DNA of 64,000 bases from an uncultured Verrucomicrobiae bacterium. GTDB lineage: Bacteria; Verrucomicrobiota; Verrucomicrobiia; Opitutales; JABDGR01. The position numbers and the translations under genes are program-made. The notes below the pieces were generated by a model, which was not told where the DNA came from, searched no databases, and saw only the letters and a program-made list of their open reading frames with translations. The DNA lies in the NCBI GenBank assembly GCA_963765205.1, contig CAVXVB010000008.1, positions 320,001-384,000 on the forward strand. Reading direction: 5' to 3'. Numbering within the stretch: the first letter of the stretch is position 1; each line of letters opens with the position of its first letter. Below are positions 33,543 through 42,830 of the stretch, in pieces.

Positions 33543-34910
33543 CTACCTATTTGTTGCCGGCAAGCCGTTGGCCAAAATTTCACGGATTTTTGGGAGAAGC
33601 GTCGCGTCGTTGGCGAAGGGGGCTTCGGTGCCGGATTTCATGTCCTTGATTTTGACTTCATTTTTCGCCACTTCGTCGGGGCCGAGGATGAGGGCGAGGC
33701 GCGCGCCGCATTGGTCGGCGGCTTTGAATTGTTTGCCGAATTTTTCGTCCTTGAGGGGGTAATCCACGGCGAGGCCGACGGCGCGCAGTTGGGCCGCGAG
33801 CTGGAGCGCCGGGGCGCGTTCCTTTTCGCCGCCGATGACGAGATAGATGTCCGGCTGGTCAACATCGCCGAGGGGGCGTTTCAGTTCCTGCAATAAATCG
33901 GTGACGGTCACGTCGCCGATGGCGAAGCCGACAGCAGGCAGGTCCACGCCGCCGAGTTTTTGAAGCAAATCATCATAGCGGCCGCCGCCGGCGAGGGCGC
34001 GGGCGGTGCCTTTGATTTGGAAAGCCTCAAAGACGAAGCCGGTGTAGTAGGCGAGCCCGCGGACGATGCGTAAGTCGAATTTGACAAATTCCCGCAAGCC
34101 CAATGCTCGCAAATGAGCTTTTAACGCTGCCGTTTCTTGCCCCCGTTGTATTAGCGGAGTATTTATACTGGACGGCATCGTAGGTTGCGAGAAATACATC
34201 GGGTCTTCGCCATGTGGAAGAAACTCATTGATTTTTTTCCATGCCTCTTCAGCCCGCTCACCAAAACACGACTTCAGCTTGTTAATTATTTCTTCCTTTG
34301 ATTCCCGTTCCCACTTATCTATATAAGTTCGTACCAATGGAATCTTTGCCTTGTCGGCATCTTGAGTAAAACCAAGGCAATCAAATAATGCGCCTAAAAA
34401 CATAAACCACAACTTCCGATCACTGATGCGAATTTCAAATTCACCCTCTTTCAAGCCGCAGGCTTTGAGCGACTCGACGAGAAGGGCGATGCACTCGGCG
34501 TCAGCGCCGGGGCCGGGTTCGCCGAGGATGTCGGCGTTGAATTGGTAGAAGGAGCGGAGGCGGCCTTTTTGGGGTTTTTCGTAGCGGAACTGTTCGCCGA
34601 TGGAGAACCATTTGACGGGTTTGCGGAGGGAGCCGGCGCGGGCGGCGACAAGGCGGGCGAGCGAGGGGGTCATTTCCGGGCGGAGGGCCACTTGGCGGCC
34701 GCCTTTGTCGGTGAACTCGAAGAGTTGCGCGCGGATTTCCTCGCCGGATTTTTCGGTGAAGAGTTCGAGCGGTTCGAGGAGGGGGGCGTCGTATTCGACG
34801 AAGCCGTGGCGGCGGGCGGCGGCGCGCCAGGCCTGGAAGAGCGCGTGGCGGGCGGCGCAGTCCTCGGGATAGAATTCCCGAAATCCGGGCAGGCTTTGGA
34901 AGGTGCTCAT
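33543..34910 (-). CDS. hisS: Histidine--tRNA ligase
   Basis: LRPEMTPSLAR, FRYEKPQKGRLR.F.Q, RGLAYYTG, GGGRYD. Confidence 0.96.
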   Translation of the reverse strand: MSTFQSLPGFREFYPEDCAARHALFQAWRAAARRHGFVEYDAPLLEPLELFTEKSGEEIRAQLFEFTDKGGRQVALRPEMTPSLARLVAARAGSLRKPVKWFSIGEQFRYEKPQKGRLRSFYQFNADILGEPGPGADAECIALLVESLKACGLKEGEFEIRISDRKLWFMFLGALFDCLGFTQDADKAKIPLVRTYIDKWERESKEEIINKLKSCFGERAEEAWKKINEFLPHGEDPMYFSQPTMPSSINTPLIQRGQETAALKAHLRALGLREFVKFDLRIVRGLAYYTGFVFEAFQIKGTARALAGGGRYDDLLQKLGGVDLPAVGFAIGDVTVTDLLQELKRPLGDVDQPDIYLVIGGEKERAPALQLAAQLRAVGLAVDYPLKDEKFGKQFKAADQCGARLALILGPDEVAKNEVKIKDMKSGTEAPFANDATLLPKIREILANGLPATNR

Positions 34911-34922
34911 TTAGGAAAATTT

Positions 34923-35067
34923 AACCACGGAAGGCACGGAGGACACGGAGGGCGGAAAGAAGGGAATTATGTTATCTCGCGCAGAGACGCCAAGGCGCAA
35001 AGGAGGAGGGAAAGCCGTTGCAGCCAGGCCCGGAAACACTGCTTTGCGCCTTGGCGTCTGGGCGCGA
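34923..35067. repeat. 9-mer array (xxCACGGA) plus inverted element GACGCCAAGGCGCAAAG / CTTTGCGCCTTGGCGTC
   Basis: 34923-34950 and 34977-35067. Confidence 0.75.
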
Positions 35068-35087
35068 AGATTCAGGCCCGCAAACAT

Positions 35088-35411
35088 TTACGCGGTGGGC
35101 TGGTCGAGGACGTTGAGGTCGAGCTTTTTGAGTTCGGCCTTCAACTCCTTGCCGGACTTGAACTTGATGACGGCGCGCTTGGGGATGATGACGTTTTTTT
35201 CGGGCTTGTTGGGGTTGCGGCCGATGCGGCTCTTGCGCACCTGGACCTCGAAGACGCCGAAGTTGCGCAGCTCGACGTTTCGCCCTTGCGCCAAGGCCCG
35301 GGCAATGACATCCAAGGTCATATGCACCGTGTCGCGGACTTCCTTTTGCGGAAAGCCCGTTTTTTCGTATATTTCCAAAACTATGTCGCGTTTGGTGAGA
35401 TTGGCAGCCAT
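35088..35411 (-). CDS. HU/IHF family DNA-binding protein
   Basis: LTKRDIV, VELRNFGVFEV, RIGRNPNKP, KFKSGKELK. Confidence 0.93.
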   Translation of the reverse strand: MAANLTKRDIVLEIYEKTGFPQKEVRDTVHMTLDVIARALAQGRNVELRNFGVFEVQVRKSRIGRNPNKPEKNVIIPKRAVIKFKSGKELKAELKKLDLNVLDQPTA

Positions 35412-35507
35412 GGTGGCCTCCGGTCGGGGCGCCCGGGGGGCGCGAGTTGAAAGTTCTTTGTCGTGAGATACTTCCGCATAAACCCCACCCTGTCAAAAGG
35501 TTTTTTT

Positions 35508-37100
35508 ATGAGCCAAGACGAGCCAAGCACCCCCCTGGACGACCTGCAAAAGCAGATGCAGGAGTGGCTGCGCGCGAACCGGCCACCCGGCGGAGCGGCG
35601 GGCGCGCCCCACCCTTTCGGCCAGGCGGCTCCGGAAGCGCCCCCGTCCGCGCACGACAGCGAGGCCGATGCCGAGGCTTTGCGGCGCATCCGCGAATTTT
35701 CATTCAAGCCCAAGGAAATCCGCGATTACTTGAACCGCTACGTGGTCAAGCAGGTGGAGGCGAAAAAGGTGCTATCCGTGGCAATTTGCGACCACTTCAA
35801 CCACGTGCGGCTGTGCCTGGACAAGCCGGAGCGGCGCGAGCGGGAATACAGCAAGCAGAATATTTTGCTGCTGGGGCCGACCGGCGTGGGCAAGACTTAC
35901 CTGATGCGCACGGTGGCGCGGCTGATCGGCGTGCCGTTCGTGAAGGCCGACGCGACGAAGTTTTCCGAGACGGGCTACGTCGGCGGCGATGTCGAGGACT
36001 TGGTGCGGGATTTGGTCAAGGTGGCCAATGGGAATGTGGAGCTGGCGCAATACGGCATCATCTACATTGACGAGATTGACAAGATTGCGTCGGAGGCCGG
36101 GCACGGGCGCGATGTGTCGGGGCGTGGCGTGCAAATCAATTTGCTGAAGTTGATGGAGGACACGGAGGTGAGCCTGGTGTCGCCGACGGATATGATGGGG
36201 CAGATGCAGGCGATGATGGAATTTTCGCGCGGGGCAAAGAAGCCGCGCAAGCGCACCGTGAACACGCGGCATATTCTGTTCATCGTCTCGGGGGCGTTCG
36301 ACAAGCTGGCGGAGACGGTGCAGAAGCGGCTTGACCACGGACGCATTGGGTTCGGCAGCGAAAACCTGTCGGGCCGCGAGCCGCATGAATACCTGCGCTA
36401 CACGGAGACGGCGGACTTTATCAAATACGGGTTTGAGCCGGAATTTATTGGGCGGCTGCCGGTGCGCGTGGCGTGCGAGGCGCTGGGCGCGGACGACCTG
36501 GCGCAAATCCTGGTCTCGTCGGAAGGCTCGATTCTTCAGCAATATCGCGAGGACTTCCAGGGCTACAAGGTGGATTTTCGCATCACGGCGGAGGCCATCC
36601 GCGAAATCGCCACACGCGCGCACGCGGAAAAAACGGGCGCGCGCGGGTTACTGACGGTGCTCGAGCGGGTGTTCCGCGATTTTAAATTCCACCTGCCCTC
36701 GACGGGTATCAGCGCGTTTGAAGTCACGGACGCGACGATCAAGGACCCGCACACGGCGCTCCAGCAACTGCTGGCCGAACACACGCACCTGCAGCATGGC
36801 GCGCACATGGCGGACCTGGACCGCTTCGCCGAGGATTTTCTGCGCGAGCACGGGCTGCGGCTGGTGTTTGACGAGGGCGCGCGGGACGTGCTGGCCGCCG
36901 CCGCACTGGAAAAGGACCAGAGCATCCGCGCGCTGTGCCAGCAGCGCTTCCGCGACTTCCAGCACGGGCTGAAAATTGTCGCGCGGAACCTGAATCGCGA
37001 CAGCTTCACGATCACGCGCGCGGCGGCGGAAAACCCGGACGCGGAATTGTCGAAATGGGTGGTGGAGAGTTTTGCGAAGAATGCCGAGGGGAATAAGTGA
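35508..37100 (+). CDS. ClpX-like AAA+ ATPase
   Basis: [47 protein letters not shown]; no N-terminal Zn finger, extra C-terminal domain. Confidence 0.88.
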   Translation: MSQDEPSTPLDDLQKQMQEWLRANRPPGGAAGAPHPFGQAAPEAPPSAHDSEADAEALRRIREFSFKPKEIRDYLNRYVVKQVEAKKVLSVAICDHFNHVRLCLDKPERREREYSKQNILLLGPTGVGKTYLMRTVARLIGVPFVKADATKFSETGYVGGDVEDLVRDLVKVANGNVELAQYGIIYIDEIDKIASEAGHGRDVSGRGVQINLLKLMEDTEVSLVSPTDMMGQMQAMMEFSRGAKKPRKRTVNTRHILFIVSGAFDKLAETVQKRLDHGRIGFGSENLSGREPHEYLRYTETADFIKYGFEPEFIGRLPVRVACEALGADDLAQILVSSEGSILQQYREDFQGYKVDFRITAEAIREIATRAHAEKTGARGLLTVLERVFRDFKFHLPSTGISAFEVTDATIKDPHTALQQLLAEHTHLQHGAHMADLDRFAEDFLREHGLRLVFDEGARDVLAAAALEKDQSIRALCQQRFRDFQHGLKIVARNLNRDSFTITRAAAENPDAELSKWVVESFAKNAEGNK

Positions 37101-37190
37101 AAAATTGAAAATTCTCCCCGGTCCGACTTACAAACGCCGCCGCATTTTATAATGGCGGGACACCGGTGGATTCTGCGAAACTCACGGCGC

Positions 37191-37718
37191 ATGAAATCCC
37201 ACGAACTCATCCGCCAACTGCTGCAAAAGGCGAATGCCAAACAACTGGCCGCGGAAATGGGCCTGTCCACGTCGCTCATCTATAAATGGGCGGAGCCGGG
37301 CGAGGACGGCGGCAGCGGGACGGTCAACCCGCTCGACCGCGTCCAGCAACTGGCCCATTTGACGGACGGCATCCGCGTGGCGCAATGGGTGTGCGCGTGC
37401 GCCGGCGGCCTTTTCGTCAAAAGCCCCAAAGCGCTGCCCGGCGGGGAGACGCACACGCTGGCGGCGGCCAGCCATGAAATCATCCATGAGTTTGCCGACA
37501 TGCTCTCGACCATCGCCGCCGCGGCACTTGACAACAACATCACCGCGGAGGAGGCGAAAGACATCCGCGAGCGGTGGCAGTTGCTCCAGTCGGCGACGGA
37601 GGAATTTGTCCGTAGTTGCGAAGGGGGGGATTTTCGTCCGATCATTGAGAAACACCAGCAAAACGGCCCGGCGAAAATCGGGTCGAGAAATGCGCCGCCG
37701 AGTCCGACGCGCGGGTGA
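37191..37718 (+). CDS. HTH protein, phage regulatory CII-like
   Basis: KQLAAEMGLSTSLIYKWAE...NPLDR. Confidence 0.6.
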   Translation: MKSHELIRQLLQKANAKQLAAEMGLSTSLIYKWAEPGEDGGSGTVNPLDRVQQLAHLTDGIRVAQWVCACAGGLFVKSPKALPGGETHTLAAASHEIIHEFADMLSTIAAAALDNNITAEEAKDIRERWQLLQSATEEFVRSCEGGDFRPIIEKHQQNGPAKIGSRNAPPSPTRG

Positions 37719-37735
37719 AGCGGTAGTTTTTTCCC

Positions 37736-38431
37736 ATGCCCGAAGCCAGCGCCATCGCGGATATGTTCAGCGGCATTGCGCCGCGCTATGACTTGGCCAA
37801 CCATGTCCTGAGCTTTGGCTTGGACTTTGGCTGGCGGCGGCGGCTGGTGCGGGCGGTCGCGGCGGCGCACCCGCGGCGGGTCGCGGACCTGGCCACGGGG
37901 AGCGGCGATGTCGCGTTTGCGTTGAAGAAACAGTTGGGACCGGGCGTGGAAGTGCGCGGGCTGGATTTTTGCGCGCCGATGCTGGAGGCGGCCGAGCGGA
38001 AAAAGGCCGCGCGACCATGGGCGCGCGCGATTGTTTTTGCTCTGGGCGACTGCCTGAATTTGCCGTTGGCGGATGATTCGCTGGATGCGGTGACGATCGC
38101 GTGGGGCGTGCGCAACCTGGCGGATCGCGCGCGGGGTTTTGCGGAGATGCGGCGCGTGCTGCGGCCCGGCGGGCGGTTGTTCGTGCTCGATAATTCGCAG
38201 CCCGAGGGCTGGACGCGCCCGTTGAGCAAGTTCTACCTAAATACAGTGGTGCCCATGGCGGGCGGGGTGATCACGGGGCGGCCGGCGGCGTATCGCTACC
38301 TGGCCACTTCATCCGCGGCGTTTCCGAGCCGCGCCGCGCTGGCGGCGGAGATGACTGCGGCCGGCTTCGCGCACGTGCGCCATGAAGGACTGGCGGGGGG
38401 CGTGGTGGCGCTGCATGAGGCGGAAAAATGA
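37736..38431 (+). CDS. UbiE/MenG-family quinone methyltransferase
   Basis: MFSGIAPRYDLANHVLSFG.D..WR, DLATGSGD, RVLRPGG. Confidence 0.9.
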   Translation: MPEASAIADMFSGIAPRYDLANHVLSFGLDFGWRRRLVRAVAAAHPRRVADLATGSGDVAFALKKQLGPGVEVRGLDFCAPMLEAAERKKAARPWARAIVFALGDCLNLPLADDSLDAVTIAWGVRNLADRARGFAEMRRVLRPGGRLFVLDNSQPEGWTRPLSKFYLNTVVPMAGGVITGRPAAYRYLATSSAAFPSRAALAAEMTAAGFAHVRHEGLAGGVVALHEAEK

Positions 38432-38636
38432 GAAGGCGGTGGGGTGAGGCGACTGAGGGGAAAAGGCAGATTGCTGAACATTCGAAAACTCAATTGCGAT
38501 GGGATTCAGTTAGGAGTGGACAAACATTCATTTCGACTACGCTCCGCCCCCTCAGTCATCCTAGTCGCTTTTGTCGCCAAGCCCTATTATAAAATACACC
38601 CTTGCGGCAGTGATGGAAAATCTTAACCTTCCACCC

Positions 38637-38984
38637 ATGAATATTGAAAAATTGCAGCAACTGGCCGAAATGCACCGCCGTGGCGAATTGACGGACGCGG
38701 AGTTTACCTTGGCCAAACAAGCAATCTTGCAAGCACCGCCGGAAACATCATTCAATCTGCCCACGCCAGAAACGCTGGGCGAATCCGTTCGCGAAGGGGT
38801 AAATGCCTGGATCAAATACCGCATAGTTATGGCCGTGGTTGGTGGGATTCTCATTGTGATTATGGCGATAGCGATGTTCAGCATGGTCTCCTCCGCGACT
38901 TCACGCATGAGCGGCGGGCCACCGGTGATCACTCCGTTCTCCGGGCCGGGGCATGGCGTTCCCAGTGTGATCCCCAGCCGGTGA
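38637..38984 (+). CDS. SHOCT-domain membrane protein
   Basis: LQQLAEMHRRGELTDAEFTLAKQAIL followed by one TM helix. Confidence 0.7.
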   Translation: MNIEKLQQLAEMHRRGELTDAEFTLAKQAILQAPPETSFNLPTPETLGESVREGVNAWIKYRIVMAVVGGILIVIMAIAMFSMVSSATSRMSGGPPVITPFSGPGHGVPSVIPSR

Positions 38985-39040
38985 TTCGCAAAAGCCTGCG
39001 ACGGCCCGGCGTGGTGGATCTGCATGTGGCAGAAAAGTAG

Positions 39041-39131
39041 CGGCAAAGGGGCAGAGGGACAAAGGCACAGAGGGAAAGGCAAAAGAGCCTCCACCGCCTT
39101 TGTCCCTCTGTCCCTTTGCTCCTTTGTCCCT
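39041..39131. repeat. Inverted octamer arrays between convergent genes (possible terminator)
   Basis: GGCAAAGG/GACAAAGG/CACAGAGG versus CCTTTGTC/CCTCTGTC/CCTTTGCT. Confidence 0.75.
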
Positions 39132-39141
39132 ACCACCTCCC

Positions 39142-41667
39142 CTACTCTTTCCGGCTGATGCGCATGCCGTAGAAGGAGCGCCAGACGAAGAAGAGGCCGA
39201 TGGCGATGAAGAACACGGCGAGATACGGCGCCTGGGCCTTGGCGTTCACGGCGATTTCCACCGCGAGGATGCCGAAGAGCGTCGTGAACTTGATGATGGG
39301 GTTGAGCGCCACCGAGGAGGTGTCCTTGAACGGGTCGCCCACGAGGTCGCCGACGACGGTCGAGTCGTGCAGGGGCGTGCCCTTTTGCTTGAGTTCGACT
39401 TCGACGAGCTTCTTGGCGTTGTCCCAGCAACCGCCGGCGTTGGCCATATAGACCGCAGCGAAGAGGCCGAAGAGCGCGATGGCGATGAGGTAGCCGATGA
39501 AGAACACCGGATTGACGAAGGCGAAGCCGAGCGCGAGCGTGAAAATGACGATGAAGATGTTGATCATGCCTTTTTGCGCGAAGACCGTGCAGATGCGCAC
39601 GACCTCGTTGCTGTCCGCCGTGGAAGCCTTCTGGCCGCCGTCGAGCTTGATGTTTTTGCGGATGTATTCCACCGCGCGGTAAGCGCCGGTGGTGACGGCC
39701 TGCATCGAAGCGCCACAGAACCAGTAGACAACCGCGCCGCCGGCCATCATGCCCATGATGATCCAGGGGTTGGTGATGCTGAGCGGCTCAAAATTCGCCC
39801 AGCCTTCGTGAGCCTTGAGCATCAGGATGAGCGAGAAAATCATCGTGGTCGCGCCGACAACGGCGGTGCCGATGAGCATGGGCTTGGCGGTAGCCTTGAA
39901 GGTGTTGCCCGCACCGTCGTTGGCTTCGAGGAAGTGCTTGCCGGTTTCGAAGTCGGGGCGGAAGCCGAAGGCGTGCTCCACTTCTTTATGGATGTTGGGC
40001 ATCTGCTCGATGGTCGAAAGCTCGAAGACCGACTGCGCGTTGTCCGTCACCGGCCCGTAGCTGTCCACCGCGATGGTGACAGGGCCCATGCCCAACATGC
40101 CGAAAGCGACGAGACCGAAGGCGAAGACCTCGGGGTAATTCATGATTTCGGCGAGGATGTGGCCGGTGCCCAGCGCGTGGGTGCTGGTCATAAAACCGAT
40201 GAACATCAAACCCGCCAAGGTCAGGCCCATCCAGAAGGCGGAGAATTCGCCGGCGACGAGGCCGGAGAGAATCGTGAGGCCGGTGCCGCCTTCCTTGGTG
40301 GCGTCCACGACTTCGTGGCAATGGGCGCTGTGCATGGAGGTGAAGGCGCGCGTCAACTCGGGGATGACGGCGGCGCAGATGGTGCCGCAACTGATGATGG
40401 TGGCGAGCTTCCACCACACGCCGGTCGCGAGGACGTCGTGCAGCATGGTGTAGCTGAGGAGGAACGTCACGCCGATGCCCATGAGGGAAGTGATCCAGAC
40501 CAAGAGGGTGAGCGGGTGCTCGAAATTGAAGTTCTTCGAGTCCTTGAACAAGACGCGGGACAGTTTGGTGTTGATGAACCACGCGACGATGGACAGGGCC
40601 ACCATCACGATGCGCATGGCAAAAATCCAGACAATCAACGTCCATTGATACTCCGGCTTGACGGCCAGGCAGATGAAGCTAATAAGGGCGACGCCGGTAA
40701 CGCCGTAGGTCTCGAAGCCATCGGCGGTGGGGCCGACGCTGTCGCCGGCGTTGTCGCCCGCGCAGTCGGCGATGACGCCGGGGTTGCGCGCGTCGTCCTC
40801 CTTGATTTTGAGGACGATCTTCATCATGTCGCTGCCGACGTCGGCAATTTTGGTGAAGATGCCGCCGCAGATGCGCAGGACGCTCGCGCCGAGGGACTCG
40901 CCGATGGCGAAGCCAATGAAGCTGACGCCGGCCAGCTCGCGCGGGACGAACTTCAAAATCGTCAGCATCATGATCAACTCGACGCTGACCAGCAGCACGC
41001 CGATGCTCATGCCGGAGCGGGTCGGAATTTCAGACAGGGGGACGGCCTTGCCGCGCAGGGCGGCGAAAGCCATGCGGCTGTTGGCGACGTTGTTGATGAG
41101 GATGCCGAACCACGCCACCGTGAGCGAGCCGCCCATGCCCACGAGCGACCAGAAAAGAATCAGGACGACGGAGCCAACCGCCATCTTTTGCAGGACGCCG
41201 AAATAAAGCACCATCGTCGCGCCAATCAGCACTTCGAGCATGAGCAGCAGCTTGGCCTGCTGGAAGAGGTAGGTCTTGCAGGTGCTGTAGATTAGCTCCG
41301 AAACATCCAGCATGGACTTGTGCGCGGGCAGGCTCTTCAGGTAGCGCAATTCATTGAGGCCGTAAAACGCGCCAAAAACGCACATGACCAGGCCGCCGAG
41401 CAGAATCGCGCCGCCGGTCAGGTGCAGGCCGAAAACATTGAACACGAAGTCGGTGGGCGCCGGCAATTGGATGTCGGCGTCGCCGGCCGCGCGGGCAGTC
41501 GAGGCGAAAAGCGCGCAGGAGACGAGAGCCGTGAGCGCGCACGCCAAAGCGCGCGCCGCCCACCGCGAAAAACGGGGGAGAGGGGGGAACGGGATTTCAT
41601 AAGCAGCAACAAAAGAACGGGACGAGGGAGATTCCACCGTCCAGAAGCCCCATCCCCTTAGAGCCAA
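39142..41667 (-). CDS. hppA: Membrane-bound cation-translocating pyrophosphatase (start uncertain)
   Basis: GGIFTKIADVGSD, EDDARNP, DSYGPVTDNA, GNTFKA, WDNAKK, GDPFKDT. Confidence 0.93.
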   Translation of the reverse strand: MALRGWGFWTVESPSSRSFVAAYEIPFPPLPRFSRWAARALACALTALVSCALFASTARAAGDADIQLPAPTDFVFNVFGLHLTGGAILLGGLVMCVFGAFYGLNELRYLKSLPAHKSMLDVSELIYSTCKTYLFQQAKLLLMLEVLIGATMVLYFGVLQKMAVGSVVLILFWSLVGMGGSLTVAWFGILINNVANSRMAFAALRGKAVPLSEIPTRSGMSIGVLLVSVELIMMLTILKFVPRELAGVSFIGFAIGESLGASVLRICGGIFTKIADVGSDMMKIVLKIKEDDARNPGVIADCAGDNAGDSVGPTADGFETYGVTGVALISFICLAVKPEYQWTLIVWIFAMRIVMVALSIVAWFINTKLSRVLFKDSKNFNFEHPLTLLVWITSLMGIGVTFLLSYTMLHDVLATGVWWKLATIISCGTICAAVIPELTRAFTSMHSAHCHEVVDATKEGGTGLTILSGLVAGEFSAFWMGLTLAGLMFIGFMTSTHALGTGHILAEIMNYPEVFAFGLVAFGMLGMGPVTIAVDSYGPVTDNAQSVFELSTIEQMPNIHKEVEHAFGFRPDFETGKHFLEANDGAGNTFKATAKPMLIGTAVVGATTMIFSLILMLKAHEGWANFEPLSITNPWIIMGMMAGGAVVYWFCGASMQAVTTGAYRAVEYIRKNIKLDGGQKASTADSNEVVRICTVFAQKGMINIFIVIFTLALGFAFVNPVFFIGYLIAIALFGLFAAVYMANAGGCWDNAKKLVEVELKQKGTPLHDSTVVGDLVGDPFKDTSSVALNPIIKFTTLFGILAVEIAVNAKAQAPYLAVFFIAIGLFFVWRSFYGMRISRKE

Positions 41668-41714
41668 TTTGCGCGTTTGGCAATGGCATTTAGTTCGGGG
41701 TAGTGACCTATTGT

Positions 41715-41769
41715 GGCAGGGACGCTTCTCCGAGGCGTCCGCAGACGTTTCGGAGAAACGTTCCCTACC
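41715..41769. repeat. Inverted GTAG-type REP dimer
   Basis: GGCAGGGACGCTTCTCCGAGGCGTCC ... GACGTTTCGGAGAAACGTTCCCTACC. Confidence 0.7.
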
Positions 41770-41844
41770 AAATTTTAGAATGCGCCACTGGCTGCGTTTT
41801 TCGTGGGTTGATTAAATAACCGCCCTCGCCTACGCTGGTAGCCT

Positions 41845-42111
41845 ATGACAAACCGCACGGCCAAACGCGTTCGCAACAGCCGCAGCGAAGGGTCGCGCAT
41901 TCCCAAGGCGTGGTCGCTGGGTTGCGCGGAAGTGCAAATCTCCCGCACGCCCGAAGGTTTGCTCGTCCGGCACCCGCCGCGCACCATCGCCGATTTGGCG
42001 GCGCGGCATGATGGGTTGCCCGCCTTGCGGCTCAATTGTCCACGCGGCGATTATCCGCAAAAACGCTCAACGTTTAACCAAGAAAAACCCTCGGTGGGGA
42101 TTATCGGTTGA
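41845..42111 (+). pseudogene. Degenerate AbrB/VapB-type antitoxin
   Basis: TAK...NSRSEGSRIPKAW.....EVQISRTPEGLLV resembles TAKLF.NGRSQAVRIPK; no toxin follows. Confidence 0.5.
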
Positions 42112-42169
42112 AAATCGTTGCCGTCTCTAAACTTGAGCGTTGAACGTTAAGTGTTAAACGTTGAGCGTT
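42062..42169. repeat. Inverted pair of heptamer arrays (AACGYTY / TTRARCG)
   Basis: 42062-42078 is the exact reverse complement of 42153-42169. Confidence 0.8.
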
Positions 42170-42263
42170 CAGAGGCTTCAGTTTCGGTGCACGAGTAAAG
42201 TTTGATGACGCACGAGCCAACCCAGCCCACCAAAGCCCCCGACCATCTATAACGGAAAATGCC

Positions 42264-42734
42264 CTAGAAATGCAGTTGGCCGGCGGCGAGGGCCTGAGCG
42301 ACGACCAGAATCCACATCAGGAGGCAGTTGAGCAGGCTGAGGAACACGGCCGCGCTGCCCATGTCCTTGGCGCGCTTGGCAAAGGGGTGGCGCTGCTGCT
42401 GCGCGGCCAGGTCCACGCACCACTCGACGGCGGAATTGAGCAGCTCCACAATCAGCACGAGCAGGACGCTGCCGATCATGAGCGCTTTGCCGAGGATGTC
42501 GACGGGGAGGAAAACCGCGACGGGCATCAAAAACATCGCGAGGTAAATTTCCTGGCGGAAGGCCTCCTCGTGCTTGTAGGCCGAGCCGAAGCCCTCCATT
42601 GAATAAAAAAAAGCGTTGACGACGCGCCGCATTCCCAGCGCGGTGGCTTTCGTGTCGGACAGCACCGCTGGGCCGGAGGCGGCGGGCGGGACCGGTGTTG
42701 CCGGGGCGGTCTCTTTTTCGAGGGGAATGGGCAT
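42264..42734 (-). CDS. dgkA: Diacylglycerol kinase
   Basis: HEEAFRQE, VELLNSAVE..VD, AKRAKDMGSAAV. Confidence 0.92.
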   Translation of the reverse strand: MPIPLEKETAPATPVPPAASGPAVLSDTKATALGMRRVVNAFFYSMEGFGSAYKHEEAFRQEIYLAMFLMPVAVFLPVDILGKALMIGSVLLVLIVELLNSAVEWCVDLAAQQQRHPFAKRAKDMGSAAVFLSLLNCLLMWILVVAQALAAGQLHF

Positions 42735-42830
42735 GATGAGTTTGTAACAATTTCGACACATGACATTATCAAACCCATGGTGGCCCGCAATGCGAAAGCG
42801 CAAACGAAAAAATTGAACTTGAAATAAGAC

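Noticed and set aside
37191..37718. Prophage marked by the CII-like gene
   Set aside because: Flanked by housekeeping genes with no other phage functions.
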